DNA of 63,860 nt, counting the filler, from Octopus bimaculoides (lineage: Eukaryota), in assembly GCF_001194135.2 (NCBI RefSeq). It is 5 parts of 5 records of this genome, joined end to end, with 100 filler letters (N's around TTAATTAATTAA, not from the genome) between each part and the next. Parts side by side here need not be neighbours in the genome. Positions count along the whole stretch, not along the records: positions 34,926 to 60,557 come from NC_068982.1; 4 more parts are not named here. One strand, given 5' to 3'. The notes under the pieces are model-generated. The model worked only from the letters and a program-made list of their open reading frames with translations, did no database searches and was not told the DNA's origin. The translations under genes were made by a program, and so were the position numbers. Position 1 is the stretch's first letter. Each line of letters begins with the position of its first letter. Shown here in pieces: positions 38,218 to 50,648 of the stretch.

Positions 38218-39374
38218 NNNNNNNNNNNNNNNNNNNNNNNNNNNNNNNNNNNNNNNNNNNNNNNNNNNNNNNNNNNNNNNNNNNNNNNNNNNNNNNNNNN
38301 NNNNNNNNNNNNNNNNNNNNNNNNNNNNNNNNNNNNNNNNNNNNNNNNNNNNNNNNNNNNNNNNNNNNNNNNNNNNNNNNNNNNNNNNNNNNNNNNNNNN
38401 NNNNNNNNNNNNNNNNNNNNNNNNNNNNNNNNNNNNNNNNNNNNNNNNNNNNNNNNNNNNNNNNNNNNNNNNNNNNNNNNNNNNNNNNNNNNNNNNNNNN
38501 NNNNNNNNNNNNNNNNNNNNNNNNNNNNNNNNNNNNNNNNNNNNNNNNNNNNNNNNNNNNNNNNNNNNNNNNNNNNNNNNNNNNNNNNNNNNNNNNNNNN
38601 NNNNNNNNNNNNNNNNNNNNNNNNNNNNNNNNNNNNNNNNNNNNNNNNNNNNNNNNNNNNNNNNNNNNNNNNNNNNNNNNNNNNNNNNNNNNNNNNNNNN
38701 NNNNNNNNNNNNNNNNNNNNNNNNNNNNNNNNNNNNNNNNNNNNNNNNNNNNNNNNNNNNNNNNNNNNNNNNNNNNNNNNNNNNNNNNNNNNNNNNNNNN
38801 NNNNNNNNNNNNNNNNNNNNNNNNNNNNNNNNNNNNNNNNNNNNNNNNNNNNNNNNNNNNNNNNNNNNNNNNNNNNNNNNNNNNNNNNNNNNNNNNNNNN
38901 NNNNNNNNNNNNNNNNNNNNNNNNNNNNNNNNNNNNNNNNNNNNNNNNNNNNNNNNNNNNNNNNNNNNNNNNNNNNNNNNNNNNNNNNNNNNNNNNNNNN
39001 NNNNNNNNNNNNNNNNNNNNNNNNNNNNNNNNNNNNNNNNNNNNNNNNNNNNNNNNNNNNNNNNNNNNNNNNNNNNNNNNNNNNNNNNNNNNNNNNNNNN
39101 NNNNNNNNNNNNNNNNNNNNNNNNNNNNNNNNNNNNNNNNNNNNNNNNNNNNNNNNNNNNNNNNNNNNNNNNNNNNNNNNNNNCCGAGTTTCGGATGCCG
39201 GAGTAGGAACTCACGCCGCCATCTTTTTAGTTATCTGGCCATTGATGGCGGCGTGGGTTCCCACCCCGTCATCCATCCGAAACTCAGAGTTTTATCATGG
39301 CTACCGAATAAGTGTCATCTATTTTTACAGATAAATTCCTGTATTTACATAATTTCGAGGTCTTTTGTTGTCCT

Positions 39375-39735
39375 TTCTATCAATATAGCAAATCAACCCC
39401 AGGACTTATTCTTTGGAAGTTTAGTACTTATTCTATCGGGCTCTTATGCCGAAGCCCTAAGTTATGGGGACGTAAACAAACCACCATCAGTTGTCAAGCG
39501 ATGTTGGGAGGGGACAAACACAGACACGCAAACATATACACACACATACATATATATACATACATATATACGACGGGCTTCTTTTAGTTTCCGTCTACCA
39601 AATCCACTTACAGGGCTTTGGTCGGCCCGAGACTACAGTAGGAAACACTTGCCCAAGATGCCACGCAGTGGGAATGAACCCGGAACCATGTGGTTGGTAA
39701 GCAAGCTACTTACCACAGAGCCACTCCCGCGCCTA
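39375..39735 (-). mobile_element. SINE family A
   Basis: Reverse complement of family A; the 5' end appears tandemly duplicated at about 39704-39768. Confidence 0.85.
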
Positions 39736-41156
39736 TTAGCTACTTACCACACACCTACTCCCGTGCACATTTATATAAATATATACAGAGCGGGACGGAG
39801 ACATGGTAGAAAGAAGAGAGAGGAAGTGAGAGGGGGAGAGGCTGAGAGACACGGACAAACAGGGAACTTAATCAACTCCCTGTGTTACATCAAATGTAAC
39901 TAATGTATTTACTGCATGATTGTGGAGAGATAAAGACTGAATCACTATAACAGTGTTTCTACTCGTGAAAGTGTTGTGAGCAATGTGTACAGCCTTCAAC
40001 ACTCAAGAATTACACTGCTTATATACCCAATGATATTAAAGGTTAAATGAAACTACCAATTCGCATATTTAACACTGCTTTGTGAACGAGATCGAACATT
40101 AAATTACTGGTGTGTTAACAGTGATTTGTTTTCTTGCTATAACGTATTATAGAAATTATCTCTAGATTTTGTAATCAATACTGTTATGAGTTTGTTAATC
40201 AATGCGTCTGCAGTATGTTTGTGAACAGAAATACGGGATATAGTAACTCGCACGTTTCCTCTCTAGTAGTAGCCGTCCTCTGTGATTGTGTAACACTCTT
40301 ATACACAATAACATGGCTTGCAAGTCCTCTAATATTACAAGTGAATATAACATTAGTAGACAATTTTTTAGGCTTCACAGTTCCTTTACAGGAAGATTGA
40401 AGTGTATTTACGTACGACACTCCATCTTTCTCTTCCTTCATATCGTTCACGTCCCTGTATGTATGGCCTATACGTGGGACAGCATAGATTTGGGAAGGTG
40501 GAGCTGTTTTCGTGTCTATATATATATATAAATTTTAGAGGTAATACTTGAAAAGTGTAAGCACCTGTATATGCCAGATAGTGGCCGAGGTGAAAGAATA
40601 TATTAAAACGTAAAATGAAAACAGAACACAAAAGATTCCGCGGTTGTCCTTTGTGTTTTGTTTTCATTTTGCGTTTTTATTTATTTCTTTTATGAAAATC
40701 TGCTTTAAACGCAATGTGATGACCGCTCTGTTACAGATAATGCTGATAGTGCGAAGAGCAATAAAATCGCAAACTTCGAGAAATATTCTAACACTATTTG
40801 TCAATATTCTTGATCAACAGCTACCCTTAATTCCTTGATGGTAACTGGATTTTAGTGTATAATTTATCTTTCAAAGTAAAGTTATGTAACATCCGGTGAA
40901 CACAAAGCTTATTAAACAGAAACTTTCCATTCAATCCACCTCTTTGGCAAAATCTCAGGAGGAACTGGGAACATGAATTTATGGCACGACAGGCAAGTTC
41001 AAATAAATGGGATTAATCACAGTTCTGTCGTAAATTAATTTTCTAATTAATACTTCTGATGGAAACCTACACCCTAGTCTAACACCTGTATAATATTCAG
41101 ATTTGTACGTCCCACTACGTGCAATTGTGGTAAATACTTGAACTATTCAAAGAAAA

Positions 41157-41890
41157 CTAGCAGGCGCACCAAGCGTTGCCCAGGGCTGTTTCTTAAGTAG
41201 GCCTGTTTGGCTATTAGACCATTTACGGATACACCTCTGAAATGAATAAAAGAAATCATAATGGCAGATGTTCCCTGCGTTGTTTGATTCATTTAGCACA
41301 ACAGTGAACAAGCAGAGTCATACGCCCACAACATTTTATTGTTTTCCATTGGGACAGTGTGTCGATCCGTTAAAAACCGGCAGTAATTGAGTTTGTTTTC
41401 CTTACCACATAACTGCTGACATGTGCTGTTTAGCAAATGGAAAGGTTGAGCCTAAAAATATGATATAAAGCGAAGTAGTATGTTTAACTGNNNNNNNNNN
41501 GATGTTTCGCTTAGTTGCAACTGCAACATTATCCGTAGCCCGCGCAGCAGCATTTGCTGCAGCATCTCTTGTAAGTCGATCTGCGTGTTGGGCTTCAGGC
41601 TCTGCAGCTCGTGCAGCAGCACTTGAAGAAACATTTCTGGTTCAGCGTACTGAACGTTGCTCGCTGCTCTGGATGGCCCTTATTGCGCAACAGTACGTTC
41701 TAACCGATCACAAGTCTGCTCTTCAATTTCACTTCTTCGCGCTGAAGCCATCCTAAGTGCATTGAGAGAGTTCCTTCAGGCGGCGTCCTCGGCAGATTTA
41801 TTTGAACGCACACGTTTACTTTTCTTTGCAGCATTTGTTTCCCGACCTATATCGGATCTTTTGCGTCGAGGCATGATGGAAAATTATCAG
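41157..41890 (-). mobile_element. Helitron-like non-autonomous fragment
   Basis: Minus-strand ORF remnant from 41874, MPRRKRSDIGRETNAAKKSKRVR, with SEQR..RL / AARAAE repeats. Minus 3' end CCTGGGCAACGCTTGG...CTAG|T is a degenerate hairpin plus CTRR terminus. 5' end not located. Confidence 0.6.
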
Positions 41891-42650
41891 TTTTCGCAAT
41901 AGAAAAAGTCCTAAGTAAAAGCGGTGAATGTGTAGCACCGAAAAAATAGTAAAATATAGTTGGCAAAAATGCTAATCAAACAGACCGAATTAAGGATTTT
42001 AAATTTTGGGTAAGAGTCTTGAAGTGGCTAGTTTAAGTTGGTATAACGATATGAAAGAGAGCGCTCACGTGAAAAGAGAGGCAAATCATAACACGCAAAG
42101 TAATATTGCTTGCAGTACTGTGCAAGAAGTCGATAAGTAAAGTATTGATTTTCTCCAGCTGGGTGTGTTTCACGTTTTTTCGCTGGCTGAAGCCAAATCC
42201 TAGGCGAATTGAGAGTAATGTTAGGAGCGAAGAATTTCGAGGAAAAAATTATAAGAAAAAGCGTCCTAAGTCAGAGGGCACACATGTCAAATTTGGTGAA
42301 ATTCTGTTGAAATTTATAGAAAGAGAACGCAGATGTCAATTTTTCGAGAATGAATGTTTCATACTTTGCACATATTGCAGACATTTTTTTAACGAGCAAG
42401 TTATTTTACTTCTAATTTTTATTTTTTATTCTTTGCTTCTTATCTGAACATAAAGCAAACAATTGCCTATTTTTCTTGATTACACGCTCATCCCCAATGG
42501 ACACAATTTTTCTGTCATGATTTTATATAATTTAGCCATTTATATTTTGTATCGGTAAAAGACTTGGTATGCAGCGTTAAGTGCTATATACATGATAACC
42601 TTCATTATATTGCTGTAATTACTGAGTAATATATATATGTTTATTTACCT

Positions 42651-42788
42651 TATTTACATTTGACGGATATTTGTCCTCATCTTATTTGTTATTAACGCAA
42701 CGTTTCGGCTGATATACCCTCCAACCTTCATCAGGTGTCTTGGAGAAATTTCGAACCTGGCTTCTCATTCCTAAGCTATTTTTCGATG

Positions 42789-42858
<70 letters not shown>

Positions 42859-42940
42859 GATTCAGGTCACTGCCTGGAATCAAACTCGGAATATTGAGGT
42901 TAGTAGCCCGCGTTTTTAACCACTACGCCATATGCCCGTG
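42651..42940 (-). mobile_element. Second copy of the tRNA-headed hammerhead element
   Basis: The reverse complement matches 13775-14014 along its length (head, (AAT)n, GAGAAGCCAGGTTCGAAATT, hammerhead at 42694-42739, GAGGACAAATATCCGTCAAATGTAAATA tail). Confidence 0.85.
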
Positions 42941-43031
42941 GCGTAGTGGTTAAGAGCGTAGGCTACAAACCCCAAGATTCCGAGTTTGATTCCAGGCAGT
43001 GACCCGAATAATAATAATAATGACAATAATG

Positions 43032-43062
<31 letters not shown>

Positions 43063-43090
43063 CAAGAACAAAAACAACAACAGCAACAAC
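42939..43090 (+). mobile_element. Third, truncated copy of the same element: tRNA-like head plus (AAT/AAC)n only
   Basis: TGGCGTAGTGGTTAAGAGCGTAGGCTACAAACCCCAAGATTCCGAGTTTGATTCCAGGCAGTGACC followed by an AAT/AAC tract; head-to-head with the - strand copy. Confidence 0.75.
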
Positions 43091-45589
43091 AATATTTTAG
43101 ACGTGGAAAAATTTACTGTTTACAAGAAATAAAATTTTAAGTTCATAAAGATTGAAATAGAAGAATAAGGGAGTAAAAGAGAGTAAAGAGTGAAAGCAAT
43201 TAGAATGATATAAGGAGAAGAATAATGTTCACAACTAATCTTTTTCCATAGGATATGGATGTTGGTTGTATTTCCATGAAGTTACAAACAAGTCTTTAGT
43301 TAAAATACCAGGTAAATCCTGGCAGTATGTTGGTAGTATTTTGAATGATGTATTCATATTGTAAATTTGTATATAGAGCGAGAAATTACGATGGACATAA
43401 ATAGGTTTTGTGAGTGGATAAATGTGAGAGAAAGGAGAAAGAGAGATAGATAGGGACAAGAATAAAAAGTAAGGTAGTAGTAATAAGGTAAAAAATAAGA
43501 ATAAAATAAAAATAAAAATAAATTAAAAAAAGTTATAGTATTAAAAATAATAAAATAAGTGAAGATAATGATAGATATATCATGAACGTGTTTTGTGAGT
43601 GAGAGCGAATGGGAGTGGAGAGAAAGCGAGAGAGAGAGAGAGAGAGGAAAAGATGAATAAAAGTAAAAATAACAGGGTAAAAGATATGAATAGAAATAAA
43701 GATAAATAAAAGTAAAGGTGATGATATAGATGTCAGTACTGTATATGGGTTAGATATCAAACGACAAAGTTTCAGTAGAGTGTGTGTGGAAGGCTAATCT
43801 AGATAAGCTTACAAGGACAATATTTTAGTGCAGATATTTAAAATTGTTTTTCAAGCAATTAAATGATATGAGATAAACGATTAGGAAATAAATAAAAACT
43901 CAAAATTAAAATTAGAAATAAAAATTTAAAACCTAAACTTTAAAATAAACTGAAATCTAAAATGCTACAAAAACTAAAAATTATTGAGTTGAAACTAACT
44001 AGTTTCTAAGATACTTATCTTAATAGAGAGGTAGGGAAAAATAAAGAGTGTACACACAAACACACACATATGTATACATACATACATACATACATACATA
44101 CATACATACATACTTACATACATACATACATAATAACCTAACCGTACATACAAAACGCACACATACTGATATGTGACCTACGTTGGACTCCTCATTCGCA
44201 TGACCACCGAACTTGGAGCTTAACTATAGTCTGTCCATAGCACTTACACAGCAATACCTGACAACTTTGGGTCTTCTTGACATCATTACCTTTCATAACC
44301 TAACGTACGATAGGATCACACATTCTTTGAAAAAGTATGGCAAAATGCAGGACGGAACTAACAGCATATGGAAGAGTTTAGGCAGAATAAAAAAAATCAG
44401 GAGAGGCAACTTCCAAGGGGACTGCCTTTCCCCACTGATCTTTGTACTGTGCATGACACCACTAACACTGATTCTGAGGAAAGGAAAAGCTGGGTATATA
44501 TTCAAAAGACACCAACTGAAAGTCAAGCACTTGTTATTCATGGATGAAATCAAACTTTATAGTAAGTCAGTTCCCTCGTTAATATTGTATATACTTTCAG
44601 TGCTGACGTTAGAATGGTGTTCGGAGTGAAAATATTTGGTGCGTTAGACTTGAAGAGAGGCACAATCAAATGTATGAACTGGTTACCGATACCGTCGGTG
44701 GATGTTATCAGGCAGCAGATAGAAGAGACGGGCTATAAGTACTCGGGATATTGGAAATGGATAAATTTATGGAGAAAGAAATGACAGAAACATTTAAGGT
44801 GGAGTACTTGCACAGATTGAGCTAAACCTTAAGTCGAAATTAAACGGAGAGAATGAGATTGAAGTTATTAACACATAGGCGGTTTCACTCCTTAGATATG
44901 GAGGAGTGGTAATCGCATGGCCAGTAGGCGAACTAAACAGCTTAGACAGAAATACGAGGAAGTTGCTGACTAGATATGAGATGCACCACCCAAAAAGTGA
45001 CACATACAGATTGAATGTAACACGAAAAAGAGGACTGATTGGATGTAAACACAGGATTAGAGCAGAAGAAAACAACATAGTATGATATGTAAAACATGAC
45101 ACGGAACCACTATTATTTGAAGTAAGAAGGTGAAGCTTGTGTAGGATGGATGATTGCAAAGAAATCTACCTCTCTAGCCAACAATATACACCATCTAATA
45201 AATAGAAAGGTATCTTATAGGATGTTCTGGGCTATAATAGATCCAAGTGTCCCATACCAAGACCAGCAATCCACTTATGGACTATCTCTTAAAGAATACA
45301 TAGTTCAACGCAATTACTGAATAAACAAAACGGAGCCTTTTCTACATGTTGTCATAGGATCTATCAAACTGTAAAATTCTACCTTATTTCCAAATGCAAA
45401 CAAACTCAACACGCATAACGCCTCCATCCACGGTCGTTACAATACATATATATAAATATTTATATATATGTGTGTGCGCGTGTGTGTACGCACATATGTG
45501 CGTATATGTATATATACATATACGCTTAAGAGCATATATTATGTAAGTATGTGCATGTATGTTTATGTTTGTATATATGTCTATATTAA

Positions 45590-45637
<48 letters not shown>

Positions 45638-45998
45638 TGTGTGTGAGTGTGCGTTTGTGTGTACACTCTTCATTTTCCCCTACCTAACTCTCAACATAAG
45701 TATCTTAGAAACTACTTAGTTTATACTTGAAAAATTATAGTCTTTGTAGTTTTTAGATTTTAGTTTTCTTAGTTTGTAATTTTAAGTTTAGGTTTTAATT
45801 TCTGTTTTCAATTTCTAATTTTAGTTTTGGGTTTTAATTTATTTCGTAATACTTTATTTTATATCGTTTAATTGTTATTAAACTTGAAATATATTTTAAA
45901 TATCTGCACTCAACTATTGTCCTTATTTATTCTTAGTTTTTACACTTTTACCACTATCCTATTCTTTATTCCTTTCTCCTTTCTCTCTTTCTCTCTTT

Positions 45999-46058
<60 letters not shown>

Positions 46059-46334
46059 ATACAACCACTCACAAAACCCAGTTGTGTCCATCATAATTTT
46101 TCACTCTATATACGTATTTATAATATCAATATATCATTCAATATACTGCCGAAATATTGCCTGAATTCACCTTAAAAACATGTACCTTCATGGAAATCTA
46201 CCTCTCTAGCCAACATTCATATCCTTCCTATATTCTTTATTATCCTGCCCACATTCTTCTAAATAATTTTACTCATTATTCTTCTATGAAATTTATTCCT
46301 CGTAAACTGTAAATCTTTCGACGTCTAAAATATT
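43091..46334. repeat. Diverged inverted pair of an unclassified AT-rich repeat (43091-44055 and 45659-46334)
   Basis: Matching outer ends AATATTTTAGACGT and inner ends TAAGATACTTAT...GAGTGTACAC in opposite orientation. Confidence 0.75.
44290..45150 (+). mobile_element. R4/Dong-clade LINE RT remnant
   Basis: IRRGNFQGDCLSPLIFVL, HLLFMDEIKLY, INT.AVSLLRYG, LDRNTRKLLT...HHPKSDTYRL. Confidence 0.88.
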
Positions 46335-46689
46335 CATAGCTTGTCCACGATGATGGAATTCCCAGTGCATGGACATGCTAACCTACCACTTGGAGTATCC
46401 CAGAAACATCTATAAGATTTCAAATTCACCTTACTCCAATTAAATTATTTTAAATGACTTGAGATACTCGTTCTGCCTTGGTTCTGATTGTCTCTCTAAT
46501 ATAATATATACCTGCTATAACGGAACCCTAACACGGATCTCTAGATCCAGCCTTAGCTGTGATCTCGGAACCTAACTTTCTATATATATATATAGAAATG
46601 TTTTCTTTTCCCCACAAAAATTGCACTTCGTTGTTGAGGCTCCAATGAACCCATTGAGTAATACATACGCACTCCAATATGAGCGCATT

Positions 46690-46850
46690 GCATCTTATAG
46701 CAGGAACTCTTGGAAAACTACAATCATAACAAAGTGTAAATATAACAGGCCGGATATTACTGTTTCGGACAGACAATACAATTTACGTAGAACCATAGAT
46801 TCCTGTTGTCCTGGTAATGTGAATATGTCTTATAGAATAACTATGGGTAA
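46690..46850 (+). mobile_element. Restriction-enzyme-like endonuclease remnant of an R4/Dong-type LINE
   Basis: WKTTIITKCKYNRPDITVSD...IDSCCPGNVN matches the NRPD...ID...P pattern. Confidence 0.6.
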
Positions 46851-46919
46851 CTATGGGTAACCGATTCGAACCTTCCAGCATCTATAAAAGATTACGAATT
46901 TAATTTTTTACCACGTTAA

Positions 46920-47120
46920 ATGGCGAATTGGCAGATCTTCACCGCACCGGAAAAATGCTTAGCAAGTTTTGTTCTGACTTTACGTTCTGAATTCAAGTGT
47001 CGCCCGAGTCAACTTTGCCTTTTATCCTTTCTAGGTCCATTAAATAAGTACCAGTTGAATGAACACTGAGATCGCTCTAATCGACTTCGCCCCTTCCCCA
47101 CATACACATCCGCATTTGAA
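46920..47120 (+). mobile_element. SINE family B
   Basis: GGCGAATTGGCAGA...AATGCTTAGC...GTCAACTTTGCC...AATAAGTACCAG. Confidence 0.7.
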
Positions 47121-48772
47121 ACCAATAATTGGTGCGCCTGATTATGTAATTACTTAACTGATAACCTGGATAGGCGAATAAGCTTATGTTTGCAAAAGAA
47201 GGAATCAGCCACCTAACTAGCACATTACAAATACAATTTGTAAGTGGAACAATAAAAACATACAAGATGTTACACAAGTTTAAAAAGTGACACTGTTTTC
47301 ATTATCTACATTCCAACGATGTAGTTTTGTATGTTTGTTAGAAACAACCCTCTTTCTCAAACGATGAATTTAAATAATTCAAAACATAAGAGAACATATA
47401 TAAATATATGTTTATATATACATGAATGCATACATACACACATACATGTGTGTGGACGCGATACTGTGTGCATGTTTTTTTTTTATTATTCAGTTGATTG
47501 AGGGAGAGAGCAAAGAAGTAGATATTCTTTGACTACATGAAATATGTTATGCAAAAATAATTTGTATAATTTATATGAAGAATATTGTACCTTGAGCATT
47601 AAAAGCATATTACATACAACTAGGTCTGGGGGTGTTAATTCCTTCAATATTCTTAAAGACCAACAATAGATAAACGCCTTATTTGTTTTGGTTTGAACCG
47701 TTATTGGTGCATCTCATCAGAATTGTTGTGATCGAGTAAACGTCATGTGATATTCAACATTGTAAATTGTATAATTTTAGTTGGCAAACGGAAGAAAAGT
47801 AATGGATGTTATCGGAATATTTAGGAAACTATATACGTGAAATCCTTATAAAGAAAATATATGTATTTCGAATGCTTCGTATTAAAAAGATTGAATAACG
47901 TTTGTGCCGGTAGGGACGTAGGATTTATGAAGAATTTTTGGTGACTAGCCTAGCCTATGAAAATCTTACCAACATTGTAGACTTGCATGAAGAATACGGT
48001 GTTGTATATATATTCTATTGATGATCAGTGTGATACAAGAAAATATTAGTACAATCTACCAACTTCTTAGATGCGGAAGAGCATTTAAATCAATTCATTC
48101 CGTCATATCAAAGACAAAATCAATAATCTGTCCAGGGGTGATTAAAAAGTATAACTAAAAACTACAATGCATTATCTATATATTGTATTTAGCATTTTAT
48201 ATTTACATTCACCAGTAGAGATTACACGACTCATGTGCATACATAAACTGTTAGAGAAATATTTGAGTTCTGTGATCCATGGTTACACTCATATTGGATA
48301 ACATATCATATTTGGGTGCTCATATTCTTAAAGGAAATAAAGTAATACAGTACATATAGAGTATTTCAATAATTTTATTATTCTTTCATTATAACAAGTC
48401 AGTACAACGATACTCGTCGTGCCATGGATTTTTCATAATCTAAATCCCATCACACATAATATATCTGCAAAAATAATGATGGGTGGCAAAATGAACAAAT
48501 CAGCAAATAATGGAATCTATAGTATAATGCCTCAACGTTTTTCTGTTTTTTTTTATCATGGTACAAGCAAAAGTATATGTGTAAACTTGATGACGTAAAA
48601 TGCCGGTCTATTACATTGATTCCACTATATATTTATTATGAATTTTCAATGCCTAGACATGACGTAATTAATCAGAAGTAAAGCAAACCAATATAATGAA
48701 CCAACAGAAGAGTGGAGGGAAACAAAACATTAGACATATATGTGTGTGTGTCATATACATATATATATATAT

Positions 48773-48812
<40 letters not shown>

Positions 48813-49109
48813 GAGGACATGTGAGAAATATAAAAACATGTCTGTATGTATATGCTTAGACAGATATAGAAATATATAGAGAGAGATAGGAAAGGGAGAT
48901 CCATACAGATTAAGGATTAATAGCCCTTAATTCTCTTCTTTAACATTCGAATTGAAGCAGAAATACATTAATTTGAATTGTGAGGCTTATTTGACACGAT
49001 CACCTTGAAGGTACTTTTTCAACACTTACTGTAAAATACGAATTCATTTGTACATTGTTCTTTTTTCCTTCCTTGTAAATTGTTTCATGCCATAGCGGTA
49101 AATTTCATA

Positions 49110-49500
49110 TGAAATGAAGGTCGATCAGATCCATATGAAACATTGCATCCTGCACAGATTCAAAACGAGATTTTCACCAATAGATGTGGCAAGGAATATT
49201 TCTTCTGTCTATGGAATATATGTTTTAGTATGCAAGCATGTCAACAATGGTTTGGCCACTGTCGCTCGGTAAGTTTTATCTCGCTATTTCTCCTCGATAG
49301 TAACAAATAAATTCAATCAACATTGAACTTTTAAAAACGGATTGAGGAAGATTCAAAGCACACTGCACAAGAGTTAGCAAAACACTCCGATTGAAGCCAC
49401 ATTTCCACCATAGTACTACTTCATGAAACTGGAAAAGTAGCAACACTTGACCACTGAGTCTCTCATCCTCTGACTGCTTCTCAAATTTTTCAAAGAGTTG
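49110..49500 (+). mobile_element. Mariner transposase N-terminal remnant
   Basis: HMKHCILH...ARNI..VYG and EEDSKHTAQELA...LHETGKV...VSHPLT. Confidence 0.65.
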
Positions 49501-50566
49501 CCTTTTTCTTGGCACTGAATAAGAGACTTGCTACCGAATCGGCAAAAGTGTCAAAAAGTGTGTTGTGTATACTCATACTCAATGTTAAACGACAATGATT
49601 AGCGCACAATAAGAAAAAAGAGAGAATTCATCCTCAACCCAATCAGGACTATCCTAGAAAAGACTCATGCTCTAAGTATGGTATGGTATGAATAATGTCG
49701 CCTATCACAAGATGTTAAAATCAAAAAGAGACATTTGATGTGGAAAAATATTCAGCTCAATTAGACTTGTCACCCCGAAAATATTGCAGAATAAGCATCC
49801 ATCTTTGATCAGGCGTAATGGAGTGTTCTTCCAAGCTAATGCACAATTACATATTGCCCGAGTCACTCAACAGAAGATTGTGGCAGTAAAAATACATATT
49901 TTGTTTCACAATCCTTACTCTGTAGACTTTTTTTTTTCCGTTTGACTATCGTTGTTTGAGTCTATTGCAACATTATTTACAGGGTAAACAGATTATTGGT
50001 TGTAAGGAGGTTAAACATAATATTGGGCGTTTCTTTGTCTCGGAAGATGACGAGCTTGACGTTATTTCGTGTGTGTAGCAGTATTCTTATAAATTAACTC
50101 ATTTTATTATTTCTGTGTTTGGAAATGTAAATATCCCTTTGGGAATTGGGCGTTACTTCAATTCGATGATATTATTCAGAAACCATTCTCTTACGCATCC
50201 TCAATCAGAAATCGTTATGTTATTATGGAACTGCCAATGTGAAAAGGCGATAGTAAAATATATAAAAGTACACATTAGGTTCAGAAAGAAAATGCGTCTT
50301 AGGAGAAACGCTGCTTAAGTGTGAAGTGATGAAGAATCTGAAGTTATCTCATTTCATATGCGCTATCATCATTCAATAGAAAAAAAACTGCAATTCAATC
50401 AACGTCGCTATTATATTACTAGATTCTTTCTTGCTATTACAAATACTGTTATGTCAGATAACATGATTGATAGCCTCTGCAGATTATTACAATACACAGA
50501 TACACAGACACACACACGCACACAGACACACACATACACACAGACACATAGACGCGCACACACACT

Positions 50567-50648
<82 letters not shown>

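Noticed and set aside
10068-39903. Long ORFs made mostly of X (for example 18498-19541, 22776-23999, 38176-39903)
   Set aside because: They read through N gaps and are not evidence of coding sequence.
40214-40340. Phase-compatible hydrophobic segment as a possible GPCR TM6 exon
   Set aside because: Lacks the CWxP/FxxCW motif and has weak splice signals.
40392-40497. AG/GT-bounded open segment (RLKCIYVRHSIFLFLHIVHVPVCMAYTWDSIDLGR)
   Set aside because: No recognisable domain, and that frame is not phase-compatible with the GPCR exon; needs RNA evidence.
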